Virus record (IMG/VR): IMGVR_UViG_3300024333_000005
Span: 1 to 64,000 of that record
DNA: 64,000 nt
Source: a virus
Reading direction: 5' to 3' (one strand)
Part shown: positions 16,857 through 26,637 of the stretch, piece by piece
How positions within the stretch are numbered: the stretch's first letter is position 1
How the letters are laid out: each line of letters opens with the position of its first letter
The notes under the pieces: generated by a model
The model's input: only the letters and a program-made list of their open reading frames with translations
The model's database searches: none
What the model was told of the DNA's origin: nothing
Translations under genes and position numbers: made by a program

Positions 16857-18212
16857 ATGCCGCTCATCAAGGGGAAGCAGATCGCCGACAGCGCAATCAC
16901 CGAGGCCAAGATCGGGTCGGGCGCGGTCACGGTCGGCAAGATCGGCACGGGAGCGATTGTCGAGGGCAAGATCGGCACGGGCGCGGTCACGGTCGACAAG
17001 ATCGGCACGGGCGCGGTCACCGAGGGCAAGATCGGCACGGGCGCGGTCACCGAGACGAAGATCGGCGCCCTGGCCGTCTCCGACGGGAAGCTCGCCGGGG
17101 ACATCTCGGACGCGAAGCTGGCGACCCCCTACCTCAAGGCCGACGGCACCCGGGCCCTGACCGGCGACCTGTCCGCCGGCACCAAGAAGATCACCAACCT
17201 GGGCACGCCCTCCGCCACGGCCGACGCGGCCACGAAGGGCTACGTCGACGGGGTGGTCCAGGGGCTCGACATCAAGCCCTCGTCCAAGGCGGCGACGACC
17301 GCGGTCCTGCCGGACTGCACCTACTCGGGGGCGGGCAACGGCACCCTGACCGCCGACGCCAACGGCGCCTTCCCCACCGTCGACGGGGTGGCCCCGGCCC
17401 TGAACCAGAAGTACCTGGTCAAGAACCAGGCGACGGGGCTCCAGAACGGGCTCTACTCGCTGACCACCGTGGGCGACGCCGGCACCCCCTGGGTGCTCAC
17501 CCGCGTCGACGAGCTCAAGCACGGCGCGTCCGCGGCCGGGGCCTTCTCCTTCGTCGAGGAGGGCACGACCAACGGCGACGCCGGCTTCGTCTGCACGACC
17601 GGCGACGTGGTCGGGACCGACGCCCTGACCTTCACCCAGTTCTCCGGGGCCGGGCAGATCGAGGCGGGCGCCGGCCTGACCAAGACCGGCAACACGCTCA
17701 ACGTCGGCGCCGGCAACGGGATCGCGGTGGGGGCGGACTCGGTCGCCGTGGACCTGGCCGCGGCCAACCCCGGACTGGAGATCAGCGAGAGCAAGCTCCG
17801 GGTCTCCGCCCACGGCAACGGGCTCACCGGCGGCGCCGGGTCGCTCCTGGCGGTCCTGGCCGAGAACACCTCGGTCGTGGTCGGCGTCGGTGGTGTCAAG
17901 GCGGCCCGCCCGACCAAGGCCAACAAGGCGGCCGCCTCCGCCGTGACCTCGGGGAACTACCAGGACACCGGGGTCGACATCGCCGCCACGCCGGCCGGGG
18001 ACGGCTACGTCCGGGTGCTGGTGAATGGCCTGGCCTACGAGCTGGGCGACGGCGTGCGGACGAAGGACTGCTACTTCTCCGCCGACGGCGGCAACACCGC
18101 CCGGGCCATCGACGACATCGCCGCTGCCGACTCGCTCTACTGGAACGGGGTCATCGCCGGCTTCGACCTGGCGATCACCGACATCATCGACCTCGACTAC
18201 TGCACGACGTAG
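16857..18212 (+). CDS. head fibre/decoration or fibre protein
   Basis: AAGGAGG RBS; 10-aa AVTxxKIGTG repeats; DAATKGYVD and LVKNQ..NGLY motifs typical of phage fibres. Confidence 0.7.
   Translation: MPLIKGKQIADSAITEAKIGSGAVTVGKIGTGAIVEGKIGTGAVTVDKIGTGAVTEGKIGTGAVTETKIGALAVSDGKLAGDISDAKLATPYLKADGTRALTGDLSAGTKKITNLGTPSATADAATKGYVDGVVQGLDIKPSSKAATTAVLPDCTYSGAGNGTLTADANGAFPTVDGVAPALNQKYLVKNQATGLQNGLYSLTTVGDAGTPWVLTRVDELKHGASAAGAFSFVEEGTTNGDAGFVCTTGDVVGTDALTFTQFSGAGQIEAGAGLTKTGNTLNVGAGNGIAVGADSVAVDLAAANPGLEISESKLRVSAHGNGLTGGAGSLLAVLAENTSVVVGVGGVKAARPTKANKAAASAVTSGNYQDTGVDIAATPAGDGYVRVLVNGLAYELGDGVRTKDCYFSADGGNTARAIDDIAAADSLYWNGVIAGFDLAITDIIDLDYCTT
16893..17072 (+). repeat. 30-bp coding tandem repeat (6 units, A[VI]TxxKIGxG)
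   Basis: Units of the form gcggtcacnnnnnncaagatcggcacggg are directly visible. Confidence 0.9.
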
Positions 18213-18214
18213 CC

Positions 18215-19027
18215 GTGGCAGAAGCCCGCGCCGTCCTCTCCCCCTACCGCCCGCCGGGCCGGGTCCCGCAGGACGCCCAGCTCCCCCTGCGCCCGGCCCG
18301 ACGGGTGCTGCTCGACCGGCCCGAGCTGGTCCAGCTCTTCACCGGGGCAGCGCCCTACCGGGGCGGGCCCGAGCTGGCCCACGGGGAGGCGCCGGCCGAG
18401 GGCGAGCCCGTCTATGTCACCGTCGAGCAGGCCCTTGCCGGCCTGGCCGAGCGCACCCTGGCCCTGTCCTCTGGCCTGGCAAGCCTGGGGACCTTCCTCC
18501 GGCAGACCGTCCACGGCGCCATCGAGGAGGGGCTCCGGGTCGCATGGAGCGAGGGCCACCGGGAGTTGACCGTGACCGGCGGCCGGCTCTGGCAAGTCGA
18601 GATCGGGGAGGGCGGGGTCCCGACGATCTCCCTCTGCCCGGTGGTGGCGCTGGCGCCCCTCCGAGTCTGGCTGGTGGCCCACGGGGCCCTGGTCGGGAGC
18701 AATCCCCGGGAGGCGGTGCCCGACGACCTGGCGTCGAACGGAGAGGCGGTCGTCCGCCTGGAGCGGGGCGAGGTCCGGGCCGACCTCCTGGCGGTGGCGC
18801 CCCAGGGCGAAGATGGCCGGGTCGAGTGGTACCTCTTCCTTGGGCCCCGGTCCGGGATCAAGGCGACCGCCCTGGCGGCCCGGGTGCCGACCCCCGAGGT
18901 CCCTCGGGAGTACCTGGCCCGGGTCTTCCCCTTGGCCCGGGTGGTCTCGCAACAGGGGCGGTCCGGCGTGCTGGAGGTTGAGGAAGTCGCCAACCGGCTG
19001 CGGGCCCTCACTGGCACCGGGGCCTAG
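18215..19027 (+). CDS. hypothetical structural protein
   Basis: GTG 2 nt after the upstream stop; corresponds to the 3' part of track ORF 16604..19027. Confidence 0.55.
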   Translation: MAEARAVLSPYRPPGRVPQDAQLPLRPARRVLLDRPELVQLFTGAAPYRGGPELAHGEAPAEGEPVYVTVEQALAGLAERTLALSSGLASLGTFLRQTVHGAIEEGLRVAWSEGHRELTVTGGRLWQVEIGEGGVPTISLCPVVALAPLRVWLVAHGALVGSNPREAVPDDLASNGEAVVRLERGEVRADLLAVAPQGEDGRVEWYLFLGPRSGIKATALAARVPTPEVPREYLARVFPLARVVSQQGRSGVLEVEEVANRLRALTGTGA

Positions 19028-19056
19028 CTTCCCCTCGCCGGCGCCGCTCTGGTAGG

Positions 19057-20085
19057 ATGCCCCTCGTGGCGTCTACCCTGGTCCAGAGCCAGGCCCACCC
19101 GGCCGACCTGCTCGCCCTCTACCTGCACACCGACGGGGTGCTGGCCGACGCGACCAAGGTCGAGTACGCCGTCTTCGACGCCTCCGCCGGCTACCCTGGC
19201 AACCAAGTCCTCCCCGTCGCCGGCCGCACCGAGGTCACAACCGGCGCCGGGCACGTGGCGACCGGGGTGTACGGGGTCTACAACCCGACGACGCTGGCCT
19301 TCTGGGCGCCGGCCGCGACCATCAAGCGGGGCCGGGTGGTCTGGTACTTCCGCCGGACGGCGACCGCGGCCGAGGAGGTCCTGGAGCGAGCCTTCGAGGT
19401 CTTCCCCGCGGCCACCGTGCGGACCCCCTCGTCGGGGCTGGCCCTGGTGCAGGACGCCCGGGATGCCGGCGTCCCGGCGGCCCGCACCGACGCCCAGGTA
19501 TTCGCCGCCCTGCTCCGCTGGCGGGACCTGATCGAGCGCACCTGCCGGCAGCGCTTCCGGCCCGTGCGGGAGACCCGGACCCTGCGGGGCAAGGGCGGCG
19601 CCCTGCTCCAGCTCGGCGAGCCCCTGGTCGGGCTCGCCTCCTGGTCGAACGGCGGCACCACCTGCTCCCTCTCGGCCCTTCAGGTCTACGGCCACTCGGG
19701 CGCCGACCGGCACAACCCCTACCTGGAGGTGGCCCGGGAGGACGCCAGCATCTTCACCGCGGCCGCCTCATCCGAGTTCACCTGGGGCCTGCCCCAGGCC
19801 ATCGCGGGCGTCTGGGGCTTCGTCGATCCCGACTTCGAGCCGCCGCTGGAGATCCGGGAGGCGGCCCTGCGGGGCGTCTACCTGGGCTTCACCGACGCTC
19901 CGGTGTCGGCGAGCGGGGTGCGCAAGGCCGAGACCACTGACAAGCACTCGGTGACCTGGGCGCTCGACCACGCCCCGGCCCGGCCGGGGCTGCTCGCCCT
20001 GCTCCGGGACCCGGCGATCCAGGCGGCCTGCCGCCTCTACCGAGCGCCCCTGGCCCTGGGGGCCCCGGGCGGGGACAGCCGCTAG
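19057..20085 (+). CDS. head-tail adaptor/neck protein
   Basis: LIERTCRQRF, GVWGF..PLEIREA and KAETTDKHSVTW patterns; position in the operon. Confidence 0.6.
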   Translation: MPLVASTLVQSQAHPADLLALYLHTDGVLADATKVEYAVFDASAGYPGNQVLPVAGRTEVTTGAGHVATGVYGVYNPTTLAFWAPAATIKRGRVVWYFRRTATAAEEVLERAFEVFPAATVRTPSSGLALVQDARDAGVPAARTDAQVFAALLRWRDLIERTCRQRFRPVRETRTLRGKGGALLQLGEPLVGLASWSNGGTTCSLSALQVYGHSGADRHNPYLEVAREDASIFTAAASSEFTWGLPQAIAGVWGFVDPDFEPPLEIREAALRGVYLGFTDAPVSASGVRKAETTDKHSVTWALDHAPARPGLLALLRDPAIQAACRLYRAPLALGAPGGDSR

Positions 20086-20493
20086 GTGCCCCTCCCGGCC
20101 CTGCTCCACCCGGTCACAGCGGTCGTGCAGGCGGCCGACCGGGGCAGCACCCCCTACGACGACGACGCTCGGGAGCCCCTGCGCACGGTCCGCCGGACCC
20201 CCTTCTCGGTCCCGGCCCAGGTCGAGTACGCGGGCCGCCGGGAGCCGAGCTACGACATCGGCGGAGCGGCCGAGGACGTGGAGGGCTACCTCGTCCTGCG
20301 GCGGATCGACGTGGAGGCGGCTGGCTGGACCCCTCGCCGGGGCGACCGCCTGGTCAAGCTCGGCTGGCGGGACACCAGCCTGTTCATCACCCAGGTCGAG
20401 GACGCCGGGCACTACGCCGACACCGAGGGAGCCTCCCTCCTGATCGCCCACTTTGCCGACCGGCGCCCGAGCGCCGACCGGCCGGCGCAGTAG
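20086..20493 (+). CDS. head closure/neck protein
   Basis: 135 aa with a PRRGDRLV motif; synteny. Confidence 0.55.
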   Translation: MPLPALLHPVTAVVQAADRGSTPYDDDAREPLRTVRRTPFSVPAQVEYAGRREPSYDIGGAAEDVEGYLVLRRIDVEAAGWTPRRGDRLVKLGWRDTSLFITQVEDAGHYADTEGASLLIAHFADRRPSADRPAQ

Positions 20494-21146
20494 TGGCCGG
20501 CAAGGGCAAGGCGGGCATCAAGCTCACTGGCAAGTGGGCGGCCCTGTCGCACGCCCTATCCAAGTCGGGCCCGGCTATCGAGGCCGAGGTCGGGAAGGCT
20601 ACCCGGCTCAACGCCCACGTCGCCGCCGCGGGCATCCGGCGGGAGATCAAGGCCGGCATCCCGCCGGCGCTGGCCCCCCTGACCCGGCGCATCAAGCGGC
20701 GGACGAAGCCCCTGGTCGACCGCGGGGACCTCTGGCACGCCGTCACCGGGACGGTCTTCTCCTGGCGCTTGGCCTATGCCGGCATCCTGCGGACTGCCAA
20801 GGGCAAGGACGGGAAGTCCGTCTTCAACCTCGCCTACCTCCAGCACCAGGGCGAGACCATCCCCGTGACGCCCCGGATGCGGGCGATGTTCCGCCGGCTG
20901 GCCGGGGCCTCCCGGGCGAAGTCCGGCGCCGGCCTGACCGGCCGCGCCCTGGCCCTGTGGAAGCGCAACCCGAACCTGCGCTGGCGGCCCCTGAAGCCGA
21001 CCACGACCCACCTGAAGATCCCCGGGCGGCCCTTCGTGCGCTACGCGTTGCAGGACCCCAAGCTCAAGGCCGAGATCAAGAAGAACTGGACCGAGGCCGT
21101 ACAGCGAGCGCTTGAGGGTGGCGCGGCAGCGCCGGCGGCCCCATGA
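20493..21146 (+). CDS. tail completion/virion morphogenesis protein (Mu G / HK97 gp10-like)
   Basis: LAPLT..K...KPLVDRGDL and IPGRPF motifs. Confidence 0.7.
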   Translation: MAGKGKAGIKLTGKWAALSHALSKSGPAIEAEVGKATRLNAHVAAAGIRREIKAGIPPALAPLTRRIKRRTKPLVDRGDLWHAVTGTVFSWRLAYAGILRTAKGKDGKSVFNLAYLQHQGETIPVTPRMRAMFRRLAGASRAKSGAGLTGRALALWKRNPNLRWRPLKPTTTHLKIPGRPFVRYALQDPKLKAEIKKNWTEAVQRALEGGAAAPAAP

Positions 21147-22387
21147 TCCGCACGGTCGCCCGGGCCTTCGACTTCGCCTTCGGGGAGGCCGGCTACGCCT
21201 TCTCCGACGCGGCCAAGGTCCACCTCGACCCGGCCCGGCACGGGCTGGAGCTGCGCCCGGCGGCAGACGGGACCTACCCCCTGACCGCGAACCTCTGGGG
21301 TCGGACCCCGACGCTCAACCCGGAGGCGGTGCGGGCCTGGCGGGGACTCGACCTGGAGTACGCCACGCCGGTCGGCCCGGCCGGGCAGGCGGCGACCTCG
21401 GTGCGCCTGCGGCTCTACGACGGGGCGGTCGACCGCTACTGGAACGGGGCGGCCTGGGCGGCGGCCGGGGCGGGCAACTGGAACACCCTGGCCGAGGCCC
21501 AGGACCACTTTGCCACCTTCCCCCTGACCAACCGCCGGCTGGCCCTGACCCTGGGGCTGGCGACTACCAACCCGACCCTGACCCCGAGGGTCGCCCGGGC
21601 TGCTCTGCTCTACGACGTGGAGCTGGGGAGCGGAGTCGAGGATGCCGTCCTGCGCACCCTGCTCCGGGCCCTACGGGAACGGCTGCGGCCAGAGGCGGAC
21701 GTGACCGTCCGCTGGCCCGGGGGCGTGCAGTACAACTTCGGCTCCCTCGACCTGGAGGAACCCCCGGGCAAGGACCGCGCCCCGGTGGCGGCCTACGACC
21801 TGACCGCCGATCCCGGGCTCACCACCAACCTGTTCGCCAGCTACGTCGGAGGCATCCTGACCCTGACCGCCGACCCCGGCGCCGGGCACAATGTCCTCCT
21901 GCGGGTGGCCTACACCCCCCACGTCGCTCTGGCGACCTCGCCGGACTTCGACGAGGTGGCGGGGCTGCCGGCGATCCTGGGCGAGCGGGTAGCCGAGGTC
22001 CTGGTGGGGGAGGGCATTGGCCCGGAGGCCGCGATCCGGCGCTCCGACCACAGCGCCTGGTCCCTGGGCGCCCCCCGCCAGGTCCGCTACGAGGTCGGGT
22101 TGCGGGTGGTCGCCTCCCGGCTGCTCGACCTGCTCCGGCTGGGCGAAGCCCTGGAGGCTTCCCTCCGGGCAAGTCCTCTGGTACGCTCTGCGGCGCTCGA
22201 CGTGCAGTACGCAGTCACCGTCTCCGAACCCCTCTCCCTGGCGCCCCGCACCGGCGAGGCCCTGGTCCATGAAGGGGGGTTGGCCCTGGCGCTGCGCGGC
22301 GTCGAGCTGTGGTACCGGACCCCGGTGGCCGGCGCCGGGGTCAAGCGCCTGGTGCTCGGCGGAGACCTCGCCGGCGCCATCGAGTAG
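21143..22387 (+). CDS. putative tail terminator/neck protein with N-terminal extension
   Basis: Position immediately before the sheath gene; coupled start. Confidence 0.45.
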   Translation: MIRTVARAFDFAFGEAGYAFSDAAKVHLDPARHGLELRPAADGTYPLTANLWGRTPTLNPEAVRAWRGLDLEYATPVGPAGQAATSVRLRLYDGAVDRYWNGAAWAAAGAGNWNTLAEAQDHFATFPLTNRRLALTLGLATTNPTLTPRVARAALLYDVELGSGVEDAVLRTLLRALRERLRPEADVTVRWPGGVQYNFGSLDLEEPPGKDRAPVAAYDLTADPGLTTNLFASYVGGILTLTADPGAGHNVLLRVAYTPHVALATSPDFDEVAGLPAILGERVAEVLVGEGIGPEAAIRRSDHSAWSLGAPRQVRYEVGLRVVASRLLDLLRLGEALEASLRASPLVRSAALDVQYAVTVSEPLSLAPRTGEALVHEGGLALALRGVELWYRTPVAGAGVKRLVLGGDLAGAIE

Positions 22388-22396
22388 GAGGCCGCG

Positions 22397-25132
22397 ATGG
22401 GTGTCACACGGCGGTTCGGTCCGGTTCAGGGCGCAGGCGTGGCAGTGGTGGAGCGGGAGCCCGAGGAGGGAATCCAGGCGTCCGCCCTGGGCGTGGCGGC
22501 CCTGTTCGGCCAGTTCGAGCGGGGGGACGTTTCGACGGTGGCCTCCCCGAAGCTGAACCGGGTCTCCGGGCTGGCCGGCTTCACCCGCATGCTGGGCGGC
22601 CGCATCGCCGCTTCGGTCGCCCCCGACGTGGCGCAGGACTACTGGGCCCACGGCGAGGGAGCAGGCGAGCTGGTCTGCGTGCGCCTGACCGACGGGAGCG
22701 AGCTGACCGCCGAGCTGACCCTCTTCAACCGGAAGTGGGGCACCGACTGGCATGCCCCGGCCTCTGCCAAGGGCAACGAGGCCCAGCTCAAGCGGGCGGT
22801 CCTGAAGGTGACCGCCCGCAACGCCGGGGCCTGGGGCGGCAAGCGGCGGACGCTCTGCGGCGAGTTCGGGGGCGGCGAGCTGACCGAGACCACCCTGGCG
22901 ACCGGCCAGACCCTCAAGGTGAACGAGCTGGCCGGCGCCACCCTGGCCCTGGGTGGCGTCGCCTTCCGCACCTACGAGGTCCTGTCCAATACCGCCGCCG
23001 GCGTGGCCACGGTCAAGGCCGGCGCGACCATGGTAACCGACCTCGGGCTGTCGGCCGACAAGGAGTGGCGCATCACCCTGGACAACGGCATCGCCGTGGC
23101 CGGGGGGCGCAAGGCCCTGGGGGTCAAGGTGGTCGGCGCGGAGGTCGAGCCCACCCTCAACTTCGGGCTGGAGGTCTACCTCGACGGGGTCCTGACCGAC
23201 CGCTACCCGACCCTCTCGATGGACCCGGCGAGCCAGTACTACGTCGAGAAGGTGCTGGCGGCCGACGACGACGCCCTGATCGCCGTCAACGACCTCTGGA
23301 AGCTGACCGGGGAGCCGGTCGAGCCGGACACCCGGCCGGCGAACTTCCACGGCCGCCTGACCGCGGTGGACGCCACCACGGCCACGGTCGAGTGCGTGCA
23401 GGCCATCCAGGTCGACTCGGCCAACGTTCGCCTGGTCGCCGTGCGCTACCCGGCCGCCCCGGCCCTGGTCCCGCACCGGCTCACCTTCACCTGGGTCCTG
23501 GCGGACACGAAGTACACGGTGGCGGCGGCCGCCCTGGCCCGGCCGGGCGTGATCCTGACCGACCTCCCCGACTTCACCGTGGGGGCCGGCGAACAGCTCG
23601 GCAAGGACTACGACCCGGGCTACCCCTTCACCGTGGGGCTGCGCCTGGACCACGCCGCCTCTCCGGTCAACGGCACGAAGATCATCCTCGACGCGCTGCC
23701 CCTGGACGCCGCGGCCATCGCCGGCGGCGAGCTGGTCCCCAACGCGGCGAACCCCTACCGCAAGCTGCGCGTCCGGTCCGCCACCCACCGGGTCCTGACC
23801 GTCGAGTCCGGGGACCCCTCGGTGCTCGGGACCGGCTCCACGGCGGGCGCGGTCACCGGCACCATCGCCGAGCCCTACGCCATCGTGGTCGGGGTCAACG
23901 ACGCGATGCGCATCGCGGTGGACGGCCGCAAGACCGTCGCCGTGATCCTGGCGCCCGACGCGGCGAAGACGGCCGCCGCGGTCGCCCTCGACATCAACGC
24001 CGCCTTCGACGCCATCTTCCCGGCCGGGACCCTGCACCCGGCCACGGCGGTCGCCGGCCGGGTGGTCCTGACCTCGCCCGGCGGCTTCTCCGCCGGCGGC
24101 CCGGCGTCGACCGTGGAGCTGGTCGACGCGCCCCAGAACGCCTACGCCACCCTCGGCATGGCGGTGGGGCTGGTCCGGGGCACGGCCGGGTCGGAGGCCG
24201 ACGTGGGGTGGCTGGACGAGCCGGCGAACGGCTTCGACGGCGGGACGCCCGCCGACCAGAAGTACCTCGACGCCCTGTCCCTCGCCGACACCCCGCTCCG
24301 CCAGCTCGCGGACCAGGGCAAGGGCGTGATCCAGTTCGCCTGCCCCGGGACCACCGCGACCGCCGTGCAGAAGCAGATGATCGCCCTGGCCGAGGGGATG
24401 AACTACTACGCCCACCTGCTGCTCCCGGCCGCCACGACCACCGAGCAGGCGGCGGTCGACCTGATCAACACCACCATCGGGCGGAGCGACTTCGCCGCCA
24501 CCTACTTCCCGAGCTACGGCTACGTCAACGACCCCGACCGGGACGGGGTGCTCAAGCTGATCCCCCTGGTCGGCATGGTCCTGGGGCGGGACGCCCTCTA
24601 CGCCCGCCGCTACGGGGGCTACCACCGGCCGGCGGCCGGGATCGACGCCACCCTGCCCCGGGTGGTCAAGCTCCCCACCGGGGACACGGTGCTCAACGAG
24701 GAGATCCTGAACCCCCAGGGTCTCAATGTGGTCAAGAAGCTCCGGGGCAACTTCGTGCTCTGGGGCGCCCGGGGCCTGGCGAAGACCTCCGCCTTCCGCT
24801 TCCGGGCGCACCGGCTCCAGCTCTCCCACTACGAGTGGGTCTTCCGCGGGGCCTTCGACTGGGTGATCTTCCTGCTCAACACCGCCGCCCTCTGGGCGCA
24901 GCTCGTCTCCGCCTTCAAGGGCTACTTCGCCAGCGAGTTCGCCAAGGGCGCGGTCTACGGCGTCGACCTGGACGACGCGGTGACGGTCAAGATCGACGCC
25001 GAGAACAACCCGCCCGCCAGCATGGCGGCCGGGGACCTGAACGCCGAGATCGGGCTGCGGCTGCCCGACGTGGTGGAGCGGTTCGTCGTCACCGTCGGCA
25101 AGCGGGGCGTCTACGAGGGCGTCTCCGCCTAG
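22397..25132 (+). CDS. contractile tail sheath protein
   Basis: N-terminal GVAVVE..GQFERG and C-terminal PAAG, LNPQGLN, LWGAR, VKIDAENN, ERFVV; carries large inserted domains. Confidence 0.92.
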   Translation: MGVTRRFGPVQGAGVAVVEREPEEGIQASALGVAALFGQFERGDVSTVASPKLNRVSGLAGFTRMLGGRIAASVAPDVAQDYWAHGEGAGELVCVRLTDGSELTAELTLFNRKWGTDWHAPASAKGNEAQLKRAVLKVTARNAGAWGGKRRTLCGEFGGGELTETTLATGQTLKVNELAGATLALGGVAFRTYEVLSNTAAGVATVKAGATMVTDLGLSADKEWRITLDNGIAVAGGRKALGVKVVGAEVEPTLNFGLEVYLDGVLTDRYPTLSMDPASQYYVEKVLAADDDALIAVNDLWKLTGEPVEPDTRPANFHGRLTAVDATTATVECVQAIQVDSANVRLVAVRYPAAPALVPHRLTFTWVLADTKYTVAAAALARPGVILTDLPDFTVGAGEQLGKDYDPGYPFTVGLRLDHAASPVNGTKIILDALPLDAAAIAGGELVPNAANPYRKLRVRSATHRVLTVESGDPSVLGTGSTAGAVTGTIAEPYAIVVGVNDAMRIAVDGRKTVAVILAPDAAKTAAAVALDINAAFDAIFPAGTLHPATAVAGRVVLTSPGGFSAGGPASTVELVDAPQNAYATLGMAVGLVRGTAGSEADVGWLDEPANGFDGGTPADQKYLDALSLADTPLRQLADQGKGVIQFACPGTTATAVQKQMIALAEGMNYYAHLLLPAATTTEQAAVDLINTTIGRSDFAATYFPSYGYVNDPDRDGVLKLIPLVGMVLGRDALYARRYGGYHRPAAGIDATLPRVVKLPTGDTVLNEEILNPQGLNVVKKLRGNFVLWGARGLAKTSAFRFRAHRLQLSHYEWVFRGAFDWVIFLLNTAALWAQLVSAFKGYFASEFAKGAVYGVDLDDAVTVKIDAENNPPASMAAGDLNAEIGLRLPDVVERFVVTVGKRGVYEGVSA

Positions 25133-25152
25133 CTCGGAGGGGAGGAAGAAGC

Positions 25153-25596
25153 ATGCCAGCGAAGGGCACCATCAAGCCGGACCACATCCCGGTCAACAAG
25201 TTCATGCTGCTCGTCGCCGGGCTCCCGCCCCTGACCATCCTCAAGGTGGCCGGCATCGAGGAGGAGCTGGAGACCGTCGACCTGCCCGACCGCACCCGGG
25301 CCTCCGGCGGGAACACGAAGCCGTCGACCTTCGACGTGACCACGCCCCTGCACCATGTCGTCGAGCAGGCAGCCTGGGAGGCGTGGTACAAGGAGGCGCA
25401 GGACCCGACCTGGCCGACCGCGAAGAAGGTCGGCACCCTGGTCCTCCAGAGCATCTCGGGGGCGGTCTTCCGCTCCTTCTCCCTGCTCGGGGTCTTCGTC
25501 CACAAGCGGGCGCTCCCCGAGCTGGACATGGCCAACGAGGGCGAGCTGGCAACCGTGGTCTGGACCCTCTCGGCCGACGACGTGCTGCCGGTCTAG
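25153..25596 (+). CDS. tail tube protein (gp19-like)
   Basis: 147 aa directly after the sheath; WEAWY..KVGTL..ELDMANEGE pattern. Confidence 0.85.
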   Translation: MPAKGTIKPDHIPVNKFMLLVAGLPPLTILKVAGIEEELETVDLPDRTRASGGNTKPSTFDVTTPLHHVVEQAAWEAWYKEAQDPTWPTAKKVGTLVLQSISGAVFRSFSLLGVFVHKRALPELDMANEGELATVVWTLSADDVLPV

Positions 25597-25651
25597 CCGC
25601 CGGCGGCCAGCGCTCCACAAGCCCGGCCACCGGGCATCTGGGAGGCGCCGC

Positions 25652-26575
25652 ATGCCCCACCTCAAGACCCTCGACGACCTGGGACCTTCGCTGCCGGTAG
25701 GCATCGAGGGGCCTGCCGGCGACCGGCTGCTCGACTACTCCTTCCGCCCCTGGCGGACCTCGACCGAGCTGGCGGTCAGCAAGGTGCGGGACCGGGAGCG
25801 GACCCTCACCCCGGCGCAGACCGTCTCGGTGGTCCTGGCCCACCTCCTGCGGACCTGGGGCGGCCTGGACTTCGACCGGCTCACCGAGGGCGAGCGGCGC
25901 CTGGCCTTGGCCCGGGCCTACGCCGCCGACGTATACGTGGCCTGGGTGCAGCTCCGCCGACAGGTCCTTGGCAACGAGTACGAGCAGCGGGTCACCTGCG
26001 GCTTTTGCCGGCACGCCTTCGTCTACGCGGTGGACCTGGGCTCCCTGGAGGTCCGGGCACTGGACTCGGACGAGGAGGTCTCCCGGCCGGCGCTGCTCCG
26101 GGACGGGCTGCTCTACCAGGGGCAGGAGCGGCGAGTTCTGACCCTGCGGCCGGTGGCCTGGGCCACCTACGAGGGCATGGCGGCGACCTTCGACGTGGCT
26201 CGCCTCAAGCTGGGCGTCCTGGCCGGGGCCATCTGGGGGATCGAGGGAGCGGACCGGAACCCGGTCCGCCTGGTCCCCGAGCAGATCGACCTCACCAAGC
26301 GGGACCTGGAGGCGCTGGTCCGGGCCATCGACGACGAGGAGCCCGGCCCCAACCTGGCCCTCGACCTGGCCTGCCCGAGCTGCGGAACGCCCATCCGGCA
26401 GGCGCTCTCCTGGGTCTACGACCCTTTCTTCTCGGCCCGGGCCTCTGGGACTGGCCCGCGGCCGACGCCGTCCGGGAAGAGCTGTTCGTCCTCGCCTACG
26501 CGGTTCCCGGAGCCCGACTCGACCTCGATGCCTGCACCCCCGAGGACCGACGGCACTACCTCCGGCTGCTCGTAG
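25652..26575 (+). CDS. tail assembly chaperone (short frame)
   Basis: Lies between tube and tape measure; two CxxC motifs; GGAGG RBS. Confidence 0.7.
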   Translation: MPHLKTLDDLGPSLPVGIEGPAGDRLLDYSFRPWRTSTELAVSKVRDRERTLTPAQTVSVVLAHLLRTWGGLDFDRLTEGERRLALARAYAADVYVAWVQLRRQVLGNEYEQRVTCGFCRHAFVYAVDLGSLEVRALDSDEEVSRPALLRDGLLYQGQERRVLTLRPVAWATYEGMAATFDVARLKLGVLAGAIWGIEGADRNPVRLVPEQIDLTKRDLEALVRAIDDEEPGPNLALDLACPSCGTPIRQALSWVYDPFFSARASGTGPRPTPSGKSCSSSPTRFPEPDSTSMPAPPRTDGTTSGCS

Positions 26576-26628
26576 CCCAGAAGGAGCGAGAGGAGAGCGC
26601 CTTGCGGAAGGCCAGCGGCAAGCGGTAG
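26422..26628 (+). other. -1 programmed frameshift site C CCT TTC and extension frame of the tail chaperone
   Basis: X XXY YYZ heptamer at 26422-26428; the -1 frame reads PFLLGPGLWDW...RKASGKR and stops 9 nt before the TMP start. Confidence 0.75.
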
Positions 26629-26637
26629 GGTGGGGCG

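Noticed and set aside
16893-17072. Regular 30-bp repeats as a possible CRISPR array
   Set aside because: There are no unique spacers and no cas genes; the repeats encode an in-frame 10-aa fibre repeat.
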